IMG/VR virus record: IMGVR_UViG_3300012950_001127
Coordinates: 1 to 64,000 of that record
Strand: one strand, 5' to 3'
DNA: 64,000 nucleotides
Source: a virus
Both the position numbers and the translations under genes were made by a program. The stretch's first letter is position 1, and each line of letters begins with the position of its first letter. The notes under the pieces were generated by a model that had not been told where the DNA came from, did not search any database, and saw nothing but the letters and a program-made list of their open reading frames with translations. Below are positions 19,046 through 28,479 of the stretch, one piece after another.

Positions 19046-19783
19046 ATGACTGTTCCTGAGAAATCTATTTTGTTATATGAAGATGGAATTGGGCAAGTTG
19101 ATTATGTGCAGCATATGGGCACTGATTTAACTATTGTCAATAGTGCGCGAGTTTCTTTTGGAAAAGAGAAAAAGGAGTTAGACAAGAGAGATATTAAGTT
19201 AATTAATTATTTAGTTAATCCGCCAGAGGGCAAGATGCACTCTTCGGTATTTGAACATAATGTTGTTACCTTTCGCTTCATTGTTCCACTCTTTGTTCGC
19301 TCTCAACATCATAGACACCGGACTTGGTCTTATAATGAAATTAGTCGTCGCTATACTAATGTGAATATTCGATTTTATAATCCTGTCATGCTTAGAGCAC
19401 AGCATGAGTCAAACAGACAAGCAAGTAATCAAAGCGAACTAATTAACCCGCTTGTGTCTTATCCTAAGCATATGTATGCCGCTATGAACGCCTCTACTGC
19501 CATAAGAGAGCATGGAGAGAACAGCCTTTTGCTCTATGAAAGACTGCTTGAAAGCGGAGTTTGCAGAGAGCAGGCCAGAGGGGTGTTGCCTCAAAATATG
19601 TATACAGAGTATTATGGGACTGTAAATCTCAATAACTTATTAAAGTTTATTGGACTTAGATTGCACGAAGGCGCACAATGGGAAATACAGCAAGTGGCAA
19701 AAGCTTGTCTTGATATTGCAACTACTCTGTGGCCTGTTGCGGTAGGTTCTTATAAGAAGTATTGTGAAGCTAATAGTAAATAA
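19046..19783 (+). CDS. thyX: Flavin-dependent thymidylate synthase
   Basis: ARVSF, HSSVFEH, RHRTWSYNEISRRY signature, EQARGVLP, AQWEI. Confidence 0.95.
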   Translation: MTVPEKSILLYEDGIGQVDYVQHMGTDLTIVNSARVSFGKEKKELDKRDIKLINYLVNPPEGKMHSSVFEHNVVTFRFIVPLFVRSQHHRHRTWSYNEISRRYTNVNIRFYNPVMLRAQHESNRQASNQSELINPLVSYPKHMYAAMNASTAIREHGENSLLLYERLLESGVCREQARGVLPQNMYTEYYGTVNLNNLLKFIGLRLHEGAQWEIQQVAKACLDIATTLWPVAVGSYKKYCEANSK

Positions 19784-19933
19784 CTCTCTTCTGCCGCCAA
19801 GTCTGGAAGATTTCGGGCAAAAACTTCACAAAATTGAGGGATCTTTTTTAAAAGACGGTAATATGTATATTGTATATGATATAAGTTAGTTGTAATTACT
19901 ATGATTATTAAACATATATAACATTTCGGAGAA

Positions 19934-20269
19934 ATGGTGAGTTTTGTTGATTTTTTAATATTTTTATTTGGCTGTACTGGCCTTACAATAAATTTAGTTT
20001 CCAGCGAAATACTGAGACCACTTAGGGAGTTTGTTCTTTCTAAGTCAGAAAAATTGGGATATCTCTTAAGTTGCCCGATGTGTTCTGGGTTTTGGATTGG
20101 TTTAGTGGCAAGTAGCTTCTTTGAGATCAATCCTGTTTTTGGGGCAGCAACAGCTAGTTTTTCAAGTTGGTTTGCTGCAAACTTTATAGATGCGATATAT
20201 GCAGTTGGTGTTTATTATGATGTACAACTTCAAGATGGAGAATTAGAAGATGAAAGAACTACTGAGTAG
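19934..20269 (+). CDS. Small membrane protein with CxxC (DUF1360-like)
   Basis: Hydrophobic segments; LLSCPMCSGFWIG. Confidence 0.6.
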   Translation: MVSFVDFLIFLFGCTGLTINLVSSEILRPLREFVLSKSEKLGYLLSCPMCSGFWIGLVASSFFEINPVFGAATASFSSWFAANFIDAIYAVGVYYDVQLQDGELEDERTTE

Positions 20270-20759
20270 AGTTTCCCTTCCGGGAAGAGTTATTGATTTA
20301 ATTTGGTCTGATGATGAATATTACAGAGATATTATTTCTAATAAAAAAGTAACCAGCTCTGGAAAGTTTCCAAGATGTGACCAATGGTGTGATGAAGAGG
20401 GGTTTCATATGGCCTTTGCGCTGGCGGGCTATTCGTCGGAAGACGTAGAGGTGTTTGCCTCATTAAGTGAGATTCACATTCATGGACAAGGATTAAAGAC
20501 TACTTCTGAAGCATCCTCCAAAGTTGTTGAGGAGGGGGAGGCAGAAGATGATTATCCCGCCAAAGAGCCGAGGTTAGGGGTCCAAACAGGCATGATCGTT
20601 AGAGGGATTGCCAGAAGAAATTTTAAAACAAAATATTTTATAAATCAATTCTTTGATACGGCTAAGGCAATTGCGATTATGAACAATGGATTATTAGAAA
20701 TAATTGTTCCAAAGTCTAAAAAACAAAGCCTTGAAAAGATCAAGATACAGGAGAAATAA
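20250..20759 (+). CDS. Small heat-shock protein (Hsp20/alpha-crystallin)
   Basis: FALAGYS, RGIARRNF, A.MNNGLLEI.VPK, C-terminal IKI motif. Confidence 0.85.
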   Translation: MKELLSRVSLPGRVIDLIWSDDEYYRDIISNKKVTSSGKFPRCDQWCDEEGFHMAFALAGYSSEDVEVFASLSEIHIHGQGLKTTSEASSKVVEEGEAEDDYPAKEPRLGVQTGMIVRGIARRNFKTKYFINQFFDTAKAIAIMNNGLLEIIVPKSKKQSLEKIKIQEK

Positions 20760-20760
20760 A

Positions 20761-21015
20761 ATGGAAAATATTAATACTTTGATTAAGACAATGGTTGTCA
20801 GTATTGTTGATAATACTGAAGCCGTATTAGTTGAGGAGTCTGCTTCAGAAAAGGGAACTCTTTTTGAAATAAAAGTAGCGAAAGACGATGTTGGAAAGGT
20901 TATTGGGAAGCAGGGAAGAATAGCTAGTGCTCTCAGAACCGTTGCTAAGGCAGCTGGGGCAAAAGCTGGAGTTAGAGTTATGGTCAATGTTTTCAACAAG
21001 CCTTTAGATGTTTAG
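20761..21015 (+). CDS. khpA: KH-domain RNA-binding protein (KhpA/UPF0109)
   Basis: DDVGKVIGKQGRIASALRTV; ATG at 20761 with AGGAG RBS. Confidence 0.9.
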   Translation: MENINTLIKTMVVSIVDNTEAVLVEESASEKGTLFEIKVAKDDVGKVIGKQGRIASALRTVAKAAGAKAGVRVMVNVFNKPLDV

Positions 21016-21035
21016 ATAAATATACGGAATATGTA

Positions 21036-21419
21036 ATGACTAAAAATTGGAGAGAAAAATGTATTAGTTATCCAAACTTAATGTTTGGAAGAGCCTTAAG
21101 AAGTGCTAAAAATAGAGCTATAAAGCGCAAAATTCCTTTTGATTTAACCAGAGAGTATTTAATAGACTTATTTGAAGGTCAGAATGGATTATGTTATTAT
21201 TCAGAAATTCCTCTCAATATAGTTAAAGAGAAGGAAAACAGAACACATGATCCATTTAAAATGTCTTTAGATTGTGTTGACCCAGACAAGGGTTATGTTC
21301 CGGGGAATGTTGTTTGGTGCGCATATTGTATTAATGCTTTAAAGCTAAAAATGTCTACTAACAAAATGGTAGATATATGCAGGCACGTGGTAAAGGTTGC
21401 AGGTGTAAAGGGCTGGTAG
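21036..21419 (+). CDS. HNH-like/endonuclease VII-like phage protein
   Basis: QNGLCYYS...SLDCVDPDKGYVPGNVVWC...NALK pattern typical of phage HNH-like proteins. Confidence 0.7.
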   Translation: MTKNWREKCISYPNLMFGRALRSAKNRAIKRKIPFDLTREYLIDLFEGQNGLCYYSEIPLNIVKEKENRTHDPFKMSLDCVDPDKGYVPGNVVWCAYCINALKLKMSTNKMVDICRHVVKVAGVKGW

Positions 21420-21429
21420 TGAGGTTGGT

Positions 21430-21630
21430 ATGCTAGAAACAGAAGTAGAAAAGATTAAGAAGAAGGTTAATAGGATATATGAAAATTATGGCCTTGAGGT
21501 TGATGGTATGGCAGAAGAAGAAATGAGCAGAGTTTATAGATATTATATAGACGAAAAAAAACAATTGGAAAAAGATCTAAAAGACTCTGAAAAACATGCA
21601 ACTTCTGTTGATAATGATAAGGCTTTATAG
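21430..21630 (+). CDS. Small hypothetical protein
   Basis: GAGG RBS; tightly packed between genes. Confidence 0.6.
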   Translation: MLETEVEKIKKKVNRIYENYGLEVDGMAEEEMSRVYRYYIDEKKQLEKDLKDSEKHATSVDNDKAL

Positions 21631-21703
21631 GATGTACTATTAATATTTATATTTTTATCGTAGGATGCACGCACACACATGTTTGCACTTGAAGGAATAG
21701 ACG

Positions 21704-21988
21704 ATGGTAAACAAGAGAGAACTAGCAAAACGAGTCGCACAAAAAACATTATTATCTCAGAAGGAGGCTCTTCAGGTTGTTGAGGAGCTATTCTCTTCTA
21801 TTTTAGAATCTTTAGAAGAAGACGAAGAAGTATCAATAGTAGGGTTTGGAAAGTTTTATTTATATACTCATTCTTCAAGACCAGTAAGGAATCCCAAGAC
21901 TCAAGAAGAAATGATGCTAGAGCCATATAAGTCAGTTAAGTTTAAATCTAGCGATAAAGTTAAAAAGCATTTTAAGAAAAAGTCTTAA
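21704..21988 (+). CDS. HU/IHF-family DNA-binding protein
   Basis: NKRELAKRVA, VGFGKF, RPVRNPKTQEEM, VKFKSS. Confidence 0.93.
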   Translation: MVNKRELAKRVAQKTLLSQKEALQVVEELFSSILESLEEDEEVSIVGFGKFYLYTHSSRPVRNPKTQEEMMLEPYKSVKFKSSDKVKKHFKKKS

Positions 21989-21997
21989 GGGGATCGA

Positions 21998-24900
21998 ATG
22001 GCGGTTGATAGCAAAGCAAAGTCTACTGAGTTTACTAGCGCAGTAACAATTGTAACGGCAGAATGGGCGAATTCCCATTTTATTACAGAGATTGAAGAAG
22101 GTCATTACGGGCACGTTCACGATGGTGAGCTAACGGACGGACACGCGGGGAAGGTTAATTTAACTGCTGGCGCGCACGTGCGCGGTCAGTTGCGTCATGC
22201 AAACTTGGCTGATGTTGCTGTACAAAAAAGAAATGTTCAAACATATCCGATAGGCCAAATATATAACGCCATTCCTGTATATGAAATAGATAGTGAAGGG
22301 AATAAACAATACTATCTAGACCTAAGCTTGTTTGAGCCTGCCGGTGATGATAAAAATATACAATATAATCATAACGGTGTTCTCGGCGCAGAGTCTGGAT
22401 TCTCTTGGGACTATACAAATAATAGGTTAGGGCTGGGATATGACAACCCCATGGCAAGAATTCATGTAGTAGGCACAGATAATAGCAACGATTCCGTCCT
22501 TTTTTTCACAGAGACACACGATGGCGACGGGGGCGGGAATCTAGTTTTTAGAAAAGCTAGAGGCGGAGTTGCAAATCCGACTGGTACAGGCTACCTTGGC
22601 GTCACAAGTGGTGATTTTATTGGCACTATTCGGTTCGATGGGTACGATTCAGATAATAGTGATCCAAGCTCCACTGGATATACGAAAGCTGCATCTATTC
22701 ATGCTAAAGTTGATGGCGCCCCTGTTGCCGGATCGGTCCCAGGAAAAATTATATTTAAAACGGTTCCGGTGAGCGGCACCAGTCTGATAGAAAGAGTAAC
22801 CATTAAGAATGATGGAAAGGTTGGCATAGGAATCGAGGAGCCAACAGCTCTTCTTCATGTAGATGGTGGAGCAATAATTGAAGGTGATTTAACTGTAAAT
22901 GGAACAATGACCACTCTTAATACTACAGAGATGACAGTTGACGATCCAAATATTGAGTTAAATGCCATTGGCTCTTCTGCTACAGATACACTTGCAGATG
23001 GAGGAGGAATTACCCTTCATGGAAGCGGATCTTCTGTTTATACAATCGCTTGGGCTAACGCAACTAATCGTTGGCACTTTAACCAAGGCATAGAGATTGA
23101 TGGGACTGATACAAACTTAATCGTAGGAGGGGACAGCCCTGGAGCCGGAAGCAATCAGATAGGACTCAGAACAGACAGTCCTGCGTTTCCATTCCATATG
23201 CAGAACAGTGATCAGCTTATTGCGCATAATGAGCCAGCGAATGCTGATTGCAAGTCTATTCAGTTTAGAAAGAGTAAGGGAGCTACGGGGGCATACACAG
23301 ATTATACGAAAGTAACTACTGATGATGCCCTTGGGGCCATTAGATTTTTTGGAGCAGATGGAGCAAAGTATGTGCAAGCAGCAAATATTGTTAGCTTTGT
23401 TGATGAAGACGCCCTCGGGGTCGATGTGGACGATATGCCCGGAATGCTTGTGTTCGGAACTACAAGTGATGGAGACAATTCTGTTACAGAAAGAGTAAGG
23501 ATTTCAAGCAAAGGTCATGTAGGAATTGGACTTGTAGAGGGTGGAGGGACAGAGGTTCTTAGAAGGCTTGATGTTAAAGGTGCCGCTGGAGCTAATACAT
23601 CCCCCGTAAGAATTAGAGAAATTACCGAAGGTATGGGGAAGGTTTTAGTTTGGGATAAAGACGGAGACATGGGATCGGCCCCCAATAATTTAGCTGGCGA
23701 TGTATATTGGGCTCCTATAGAGTTTTTCGAATCAACTGAAGAGAATCCAGCTACGGTAGAGGTTTCAGGGCCTGAAAATGAAGACACTGCGGTTGTTGTA
23801 AACCCTCCATCAGGAGGGTATGATGCCGATGGCATTGAGCTGATGTTTTATTCTGTTAATCCGAGTAATAATCGTATTCCCTTTAATATAAATCAGCATG
23901 GACATATGGGAGTTGGGAAGATTAATGCTGGACAAACTTATAGAATTGACGCCGATGGAGTTGTAAATGCAACCGGATTTGCTATTGGTGGAGTTGCGTT
24001 AACAGCGTCTATTGGGCAGCTTAATGATGCTGGAGGCCAAACGCCAGCGGCAGGTGGCACAGCAGAGGCTAACAAGGCTGTTGTTTTAGACGCCAATAAA
24101 GATATAGTTGGCCTTAGAGATCAGAAGCTTGAGGGGGATATACATTTTACAAATGACACAAAGGGATTTAAGGACGCTAACGGAAATTATCAAGCTAAAT
24201 TCAATCAAGTTGCTGACGCTGTAAATAATTTAGCGATTTCTAATGCTGCAACAGGAGGAGCTCCAGTTCTTGCGGCCTCTGGATCAGATGCTAACGTTGG
24301 ATTAACTTTCAGCACACAAGGGACGGGAGCGCATGTTCTTAGACACGCCAACCAAGACACTTTGGCTATAAGAAATGATTCTGGAGATGCTATTTATCAG
24401 CAGCAGGTGGCCGGGAAAGATCATGTATTTAAAGCTCAAGATGGGGTCGAAGCGTTAAGAATTAAGAGCGATGGTAACGTCGGCATCGGAATTGCCTCTC
24501 CTAATGATTACGTAGATGAAAAGAGAAATCTTGTACTTGGATCAACAACAGCCCACACGGGAATGACTATTGTTTCCGGGCCTACCCATATGGGCACGAT
24601 TCAATTCAGAAGTGATACCGCCGTTAACAATATAGAAGGCTGGGTGGACTATAGCCAGAATTCAAAGGCAATGCGCTTTGGAACTAATGGCCTTAACACT
24701 CGTATGGTTATTGACTCATCTGGCAACGTCGGTATTGGAACGATTAACCCGGTTCATACGCTGGATGTAACGGGAGACATAAACTTAACTGGGGATTTTT
24801 CTTTTGATGCATCTGCAGCAGTTGTCAGTGCCATTTTAGATGAAGATGCAATGGGGTCAAATAGCGCAACAGCATTGGCAACCCAACAGTCTATTAAGGC

Positions 24901-27499
24901 ATATGTTGATTCGCAAGTGACGGCTCAAGATTTAGACTTTCAAGGCGATACTGGCGGCGCTTTCTCTATTGATTTAGACTCAGAGACTTTAATTGTTGCA
25001 GGTGGTACGGGAATAGATTCTGTAGGTTCTAGTAACACAGTTACTCTAAATATAGATGCAACGGTTGCTACATTAGAAGGATCACAAGCGCTTACAAATA
25101 AAACGTTAACCAGCCCTGTGTTAAACACAGGTGTTAGTGGTAGTGCCATATTAGACGAAGACGATCTGTCTTCTGATAGCGACACGAAGCTTGCCACACA
25201 GCAGTCTATTAAAGCATATGTTGATTCGCAAGGCGGCGGGGTGACCCTAGCAGGGAATGTAGACAACAGATTAGTAACCGCTACTGGCTCCGGGTTAAGT
25301 GGTGAGGCTGGACTTACATATGATGGAACAGTTGTTATAGCTCAAGATAGTGATGTTCTCATCCAGACTAATAACACTTCTGATTCAGCACATAAGAGAA
25401 TTACATTTGCAAAGAGCGCGAACGCAACCGCTGGGCTTCATGGTTTGGTTGCAAATAACGAAGATCTTGGTGCCTTGGAATGGCAGGCGTCAGATGGAAC
25501 CGACTATGGCGTCTCTGCGCTTATTAAAGCACAGATAGATGCACCCCCAGGAGATAATGATACTCCGGGCAGATTAACCTTCTGGACAACTTCAGATGAT
25601 GCCGATACTGCCACTGAAAGAATGAGGATAGATAGCGCTGGAAATATCGGCATAAATGGTTGCACTGATCCCAAGAGAGCCTTGCAGACTCATAATGGTG
25701 ATATTGCAATAAGAATGAACCCAGGAAACTCTAGCGTCCCAAAGGCTCTTATTTTTCAGTCTGGTAGAGACGGTTCTGTGAATGGCCAAACGATAGTGGA
25801 GGATAATGATGTTCTTGGTTATTTAAGGTGGGACGGCGCTGATGGTGACCAAGATATTGTTGCGGCAAGTATTCATGCTACGGTAACAGGCTCTCCTGGC
25901 AATAATAATATGCCTGCCTCTATTTGTTTTTCAACCAATTCGGGGGCTGCAGCCACGACGGAGAAGATGATTCTTACGCCCACTGGAGATCTTGAGCTTT
26001 TGCTTGGCGGAGAACTTAGATGGCACGATGATGATAGCACGCGTTATGTTGGCTTTAAATCCCCGTCAGTTGTTAGCAACAATGTAATGTGGACGCTGCC
26101 TGCTGCTGACGGAAGTGATGGTGATGTCCTCACTACCGATAGCAACGGAACCCTAAGCTGGGCCGCTGCAAGTGGAGGCTTAGATGCCTCAAACGGCTCA
26201 AGCGACAGAATAGCCACATTTTCTGATAGCGATAGCTTGTATGGAGAGGCAGATCTAGAGTTTGACTCTCAAGCTTTAAAAGTAACAGCTCATGATGTAG
26301 CTATAAATTCTGTAGGAGCCAATCTAACCGCTCAGGTTCTTGCCTTCTTTAAGGACAAGGCCGGCGAGATTGTGACTTATCTAGATGGAAATAATGCAAA
26401 TGATACAGCATTGGGGCACATTGAGTTTCAAGGTTTTGATGGAAGCAATCAAAGAATTGGCGCAAGAATATCATCATATGTTGACGCCACTCCTGGGTCT
26501 TCAGATATGCCCTCGCGCCTTGTTTTTTGGACTACGCCAAACGGCACTGCAACTCCAGTGGAGAGGTTGAGAATAACACAAGCGGGGAATGTGGGGATCG
26601 GAGCAACTAATCCGACAAACCCACTTCATGTAAATGGAAATATTGCTGTAGGCGGAAGTAATAATGAATTAAGATTTTATGATGGGCCAAACTATGTAGG
26701 ATTTGAGGCTCCAGACTTGTCTTCCAGTCAAATTTGGGTACTGCCTGCTGCTGACGGAAGTGATGGTGATGTCCTCACTACCGATAGCAACGGAATCCTA
26801 AGCTGGGCCGCTGGCGGAAGCGGGGCTGTTGCAACCTATTCCAATACCGGAAACAATAGAATCATAACATCAGTTAATTCCAGCACCATAAACGGAGAGG
26901 CAAACCTCACATTTGACGGAAATGAATTTATAGTAGAGTCAACCACTAATGCAGTCAAGATTGCTTATGACGGCTCAAGTCATACAGTGTTAGATACAAG
27001 TTCCGCAGGGCAATTCAATATTCAGCCATCGAGCGGGTCAGCCGTTGTTCATGGAAGCCTATCTGCAGGAAGAGCGGTTTTGCAAGCAACAGATGCAGAC
27101 ATAACGTTGTCGGACACAGAATCTGGGGCGCTTGTTATATTTAATTCTACAACAGCAAGAACCATTACTCTGCCTAATGCAACAGCTTCAACTGTAGGAG
27201 CATGGTTTACAATCATGGTAGGGAAAGCGCCGAGCCTCAATGAGCATGTTATTTCAATAGCAGCTAATTCGAGTGATTACATCGGCGGCGGTGTTCTTAT
27301 GTACAAGGACAATGATGACAGTACCTTTCGGGGCGCTGGAGCCCTTAAGGTAAAAATTGAAACAGGAACAGACGCGCTTGGGCAGGTTGATTCTATATTT
27401 ACATTGCTATGTACTGGCGATAATACCTGGACGTGTATGCCTAATGACTCATTTGTAATTTTTACTGCTGAAAATCCAGGCCAGCCATTTTCTACCTGA
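21998..27499 (+). CDS. Long tail fibre/receptor-binding-like virion protein (1833 aa)
   Basis: Repeated ER(M/V)xIxxxGxVGIGxxxP modules; two ATQQSIKAYVD motifs; two WxLPAADGSDGDVLTTDSNGxLSW motifs; C-terminal ITLP beta-domain. Confidence 0.8.
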   Translation: MAVDSKAKSTEFTSAVTIVTAEWANSHFITEIEEGHYGHVHDGELTDGHAGKVNLTAGAHVRGQLRHANLADVAVQKRNVQTYPIGQIYNAIPVYEIDSEGNKQYYLDLSLFEPAGDDKNIQYNHNGVLGAESGFSWDYTNNRLGLGYDNPMARIHVVGTDNSNDSVLFFTETHDGDGGGNLVFRKARGGVANPTGTGYLGVTSGDFIGTIRFDGYDSDNSDPSSTGYTKAASIHAKVDGAPVAGSVPGKIIFKTVPVSGTSLIERVTIKNDGKVGIGIEEPTALLHVDGGAIIEGDLTVNGTMTTLNTTEMTVDDPNIELNAIGSSATDTLADGGGITLHGSGSSVYTIAWANATNRWHFNQGIEIDGTDTNLIVGGDSPGAGSNQIGLRTDSPAFPFHMQNSDQLIAHNEPANADCKSIQFRKSKGATGAYTDYTKVTTDDALGAIRFFGADGAKYVQAANIVSFVDEDALGVDVDDMPGMLVFGTTSDGDNSVTERVRISSKGHVGIGLVEGGGTEVLRRLDVKGAAGANTSPVRIREITEGMGKVLVWDKDGDMGSAPNNLAGDVYWAPIEFFESTEENPATVEVSGPENEDTAVVVNPPSGGYDADGIELMFYSVNPSNNRIPFNINQHGHMGVGKINAGQTYRIDADGVVNATGFAIGGVALTASIGQLNDAGGQTPAAGGTAEANKAVVLDANKDIVGLRDQKLEGDIHFTNDTKGFKDANGNYQAKFNQVADAVNNLAISNAATGGAPVLAASGSDANVGLTFSTQGTGAHVLRHANQDTLAIRNDSGDAIYQQQVAGKDHVFKAQDGVEALRIKSDGNVGIGIASPNDYVDEKRNLVLGSTTAHTGMTIVSGPTHMGTIQFRSDTAVNNIEGWVDYSQNSKAMRFGTNGLNTRMVIDSSGNVGIGTINPVHTLDVTGDINLTGDFSFDASAAVVSAILDEDAMGSNSATALATQQSIKAYVDSQVTAQDLDFQGDTGGAFSIDLDSETLIVAGGTGIDSVGSSNTVTLNIDATVATLEGSQALTNKTLTSPVLNTGVSGSAILDEDDLSSDSDTKLATQQSIKAYVDSQGGGVTLAGNVDNRLVTATGSGLSGEAGLTYDGTVVIAQDSDVLIQTNNTSDSAHKRITFAKSANATAGLHGLVANNEDLGALEWQASDGTDYGVSALIKAQIDAPPGDNDTPGRLTFWTTSDDADTATERMRIDSAGNIGINGCTDPKRALQTHNGDIAIRMNPGNSSVPKALIFQSGRDGSVNGQTIVEDNDVLGYLRWDGADGDQDIVAASIHATVTGSPGNNNMPASICFSTNSGAAATTEKMILTPTGDLELLLGGELRWHDDDSTRYVGFKSPSVVSNNVMWTLPAADGSDGDVLTTDSNGTLSWAAASGGLDASNGSSDRIATFSDSDSLYGEADLEFDSQALKVTAHDVAINSVGANLTAQVLAFFKDKAGEIVTYLDGNNANDTALGHIEFQGFDGSNQRIGARISSYVDATPGSSDMPSRLVFWTTPNGTATPVERLRITQAGNVGIGATNPTNPLHVNGNIAVGGSNNELRFYDGPNYVGFEAPDLSSSQIWVLPAADGSDGDVLTTDSNGILSWAAGGSGAVATYSNTGNNRIITSVNSSTINGEANLTFDGNEFIVESTTNAVKIAYDGSSHTVLDTSSAGQFNIQPSSGSAVVHGSLSAGRAVLQATDADITLSDTESGALVIFNSTTARTITLPNATASTVGAWFTIMVGKAPSLNEHVISIAANSSDYIGGGVLMYKDNDDSTFRGAGALKVKIETGTDALGQVDSIFTLLCTGDNTWTCMPNDSFVIFTAENPGQPFST
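26096..26813 (+). repeat. 73-bp direct repeat (26096-26168 and 26741-26813), one mismatch
   Basis: CTGCCTGCTGCTGACGGAAGTGATGGTGATGTCCTCACTACCGATAGCAACGGAA(C/T)CCTAAGCTGGGCCGCTG. Confidence 0.9.
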
Positions 27500-27585
27500 T
27501 ACCTTCGGCCAATATTATGTTCAAATGCTTTTGTGCATATTTCGTATAATACATACAAAGATTTGTACAGTCTAAGGAGTTTACT

Positions 27586-27915
27586 TTGCAGGCCTATATT
27601 GTTTTAAGTTGTAATGGGCATGTTGATTTGGATGGATTTTTATATTGCAATTCTATTTCAAATCCAATTATTGATTTATCAAAAGTAAAAAAAGAAGAAA
27701 GAGAAAAAGTTTTTCACTTTTTAGACAATGCATGTGGATTATTTGATTCTACATGTTATGACTATAATAAATGCATTAATATAGTAACATTCTTGTATAG
27801 GAATTTTAATTTAATTAGTGAAGAAAATTTACGAAAAATTCAAGCATTTTTAAAAATGCATAAAGTTTGCGGAGTATATATAATGTTAGTGTTAAAAGAG
27901 GATTACAATGTCTGA
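27586..27915 (+). CDS. Hypothetical protein
   Basis: AAGGAG RBS before the TTG start; overlaps the next gene. Confidence 0.6.
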   Translation: MQAYIVLSCNGHVDLDGFLYCNSISNPIIDLSKVKKEEREKVFHFLDNACGLFDSTCYDYNKCINIVTFLYRNFNLISEENLRKIQAFLKMHKVCGVYIMLVLKEDYNV

Positions 27916-28264
27916 TTTGAAAGTGCCACAAAATAATAAATATTTAGAGTCAAAAACAAAGGGAGTTAGAAATAAAGTAGAGGAAGCTTTCAATGATTTT
28001 AAGCTGCTGTTGTCAGACAAAACTCATCCAGACAATCAAACTCCTGGATTTCATAACCGAGTCGTAGGTATTTTAAATAATTTGCTTGTAGCCGCAGATG
28101 ATCTTGACTCTACAAACCCTGGAGAGGGTATTTTTGGTTTAATTATATTAGCCTTAAGATCTAATTTAAAACTTAAAGATGATAGAGTTAAATTAGAAGT
28201 AGAAGTTAGAGAGTTGAGAAGAGAAATAGAAAAGCTTAAAAAGAATCAAAAGATAAAGAGATGA
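27908..28264 (+). CDS. Hypothetical protein with C-terminal coiled coil
   Basis: GAGG RBS; translationally coupled. Confidence 0.7.
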   Translation: MSDLKVPQNNKYLESKTKGVRNKVEEAFNDFKLLLSDKTHPDNQTPGFHNRVVGILNNLLVAADDLDSTNPGEGIFGLIILALRSNLKLKDDRVKLEVEVRELRREIEKLKKNQKIKR

Positions 28265-28479
28265 CGTTTAAGAGCAAAGCTATAAAGCTTTTAACGGATA
28301 AAGCTTCTAATGTAAGTAAAGAGATTAGAAAAATAGAGGACGATGCCAAAAAATTTTCCGTTGACTGCTCCTCCGACCGTGTCTACAATGCTCTTGTGGG
28401 CTACCGTGAAGGCCTTAGAGATGTTCTGCAGGAACTAAGGAGTTTGAATGAAGGCGTCAGAGGTAATAGGGATATTTGA
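28261..28479 (+). CDS. Small hypothetical protein
   Basis: ATGA overlap with the upstream gene. Confidence 0.6.
   Translation: MTFKSKAIKLLTDKASNVSKEIRKIEDDAKKFSVDCSSDRVYNALVGYREGLRDVLQELRSLNEGVRGNRDI

Noticed and set aside
19784-19933. tRNA or structured ncRNA in the larger intergenic gaps (also 16564-16632 and 690-782)
   Set aside because: No cloverleaf, T-loop GTTC consensus or long stable stem was seen; these gaps are probably promoter or leader regions.
26096-26813. Diversity-generating retroelement TR/VR pair in the tail fibre
   Set aside because: There is only one C/T mismatch rather than adenine-specific changes, both copies are coding, and no reverse transcriptase is present in the window.
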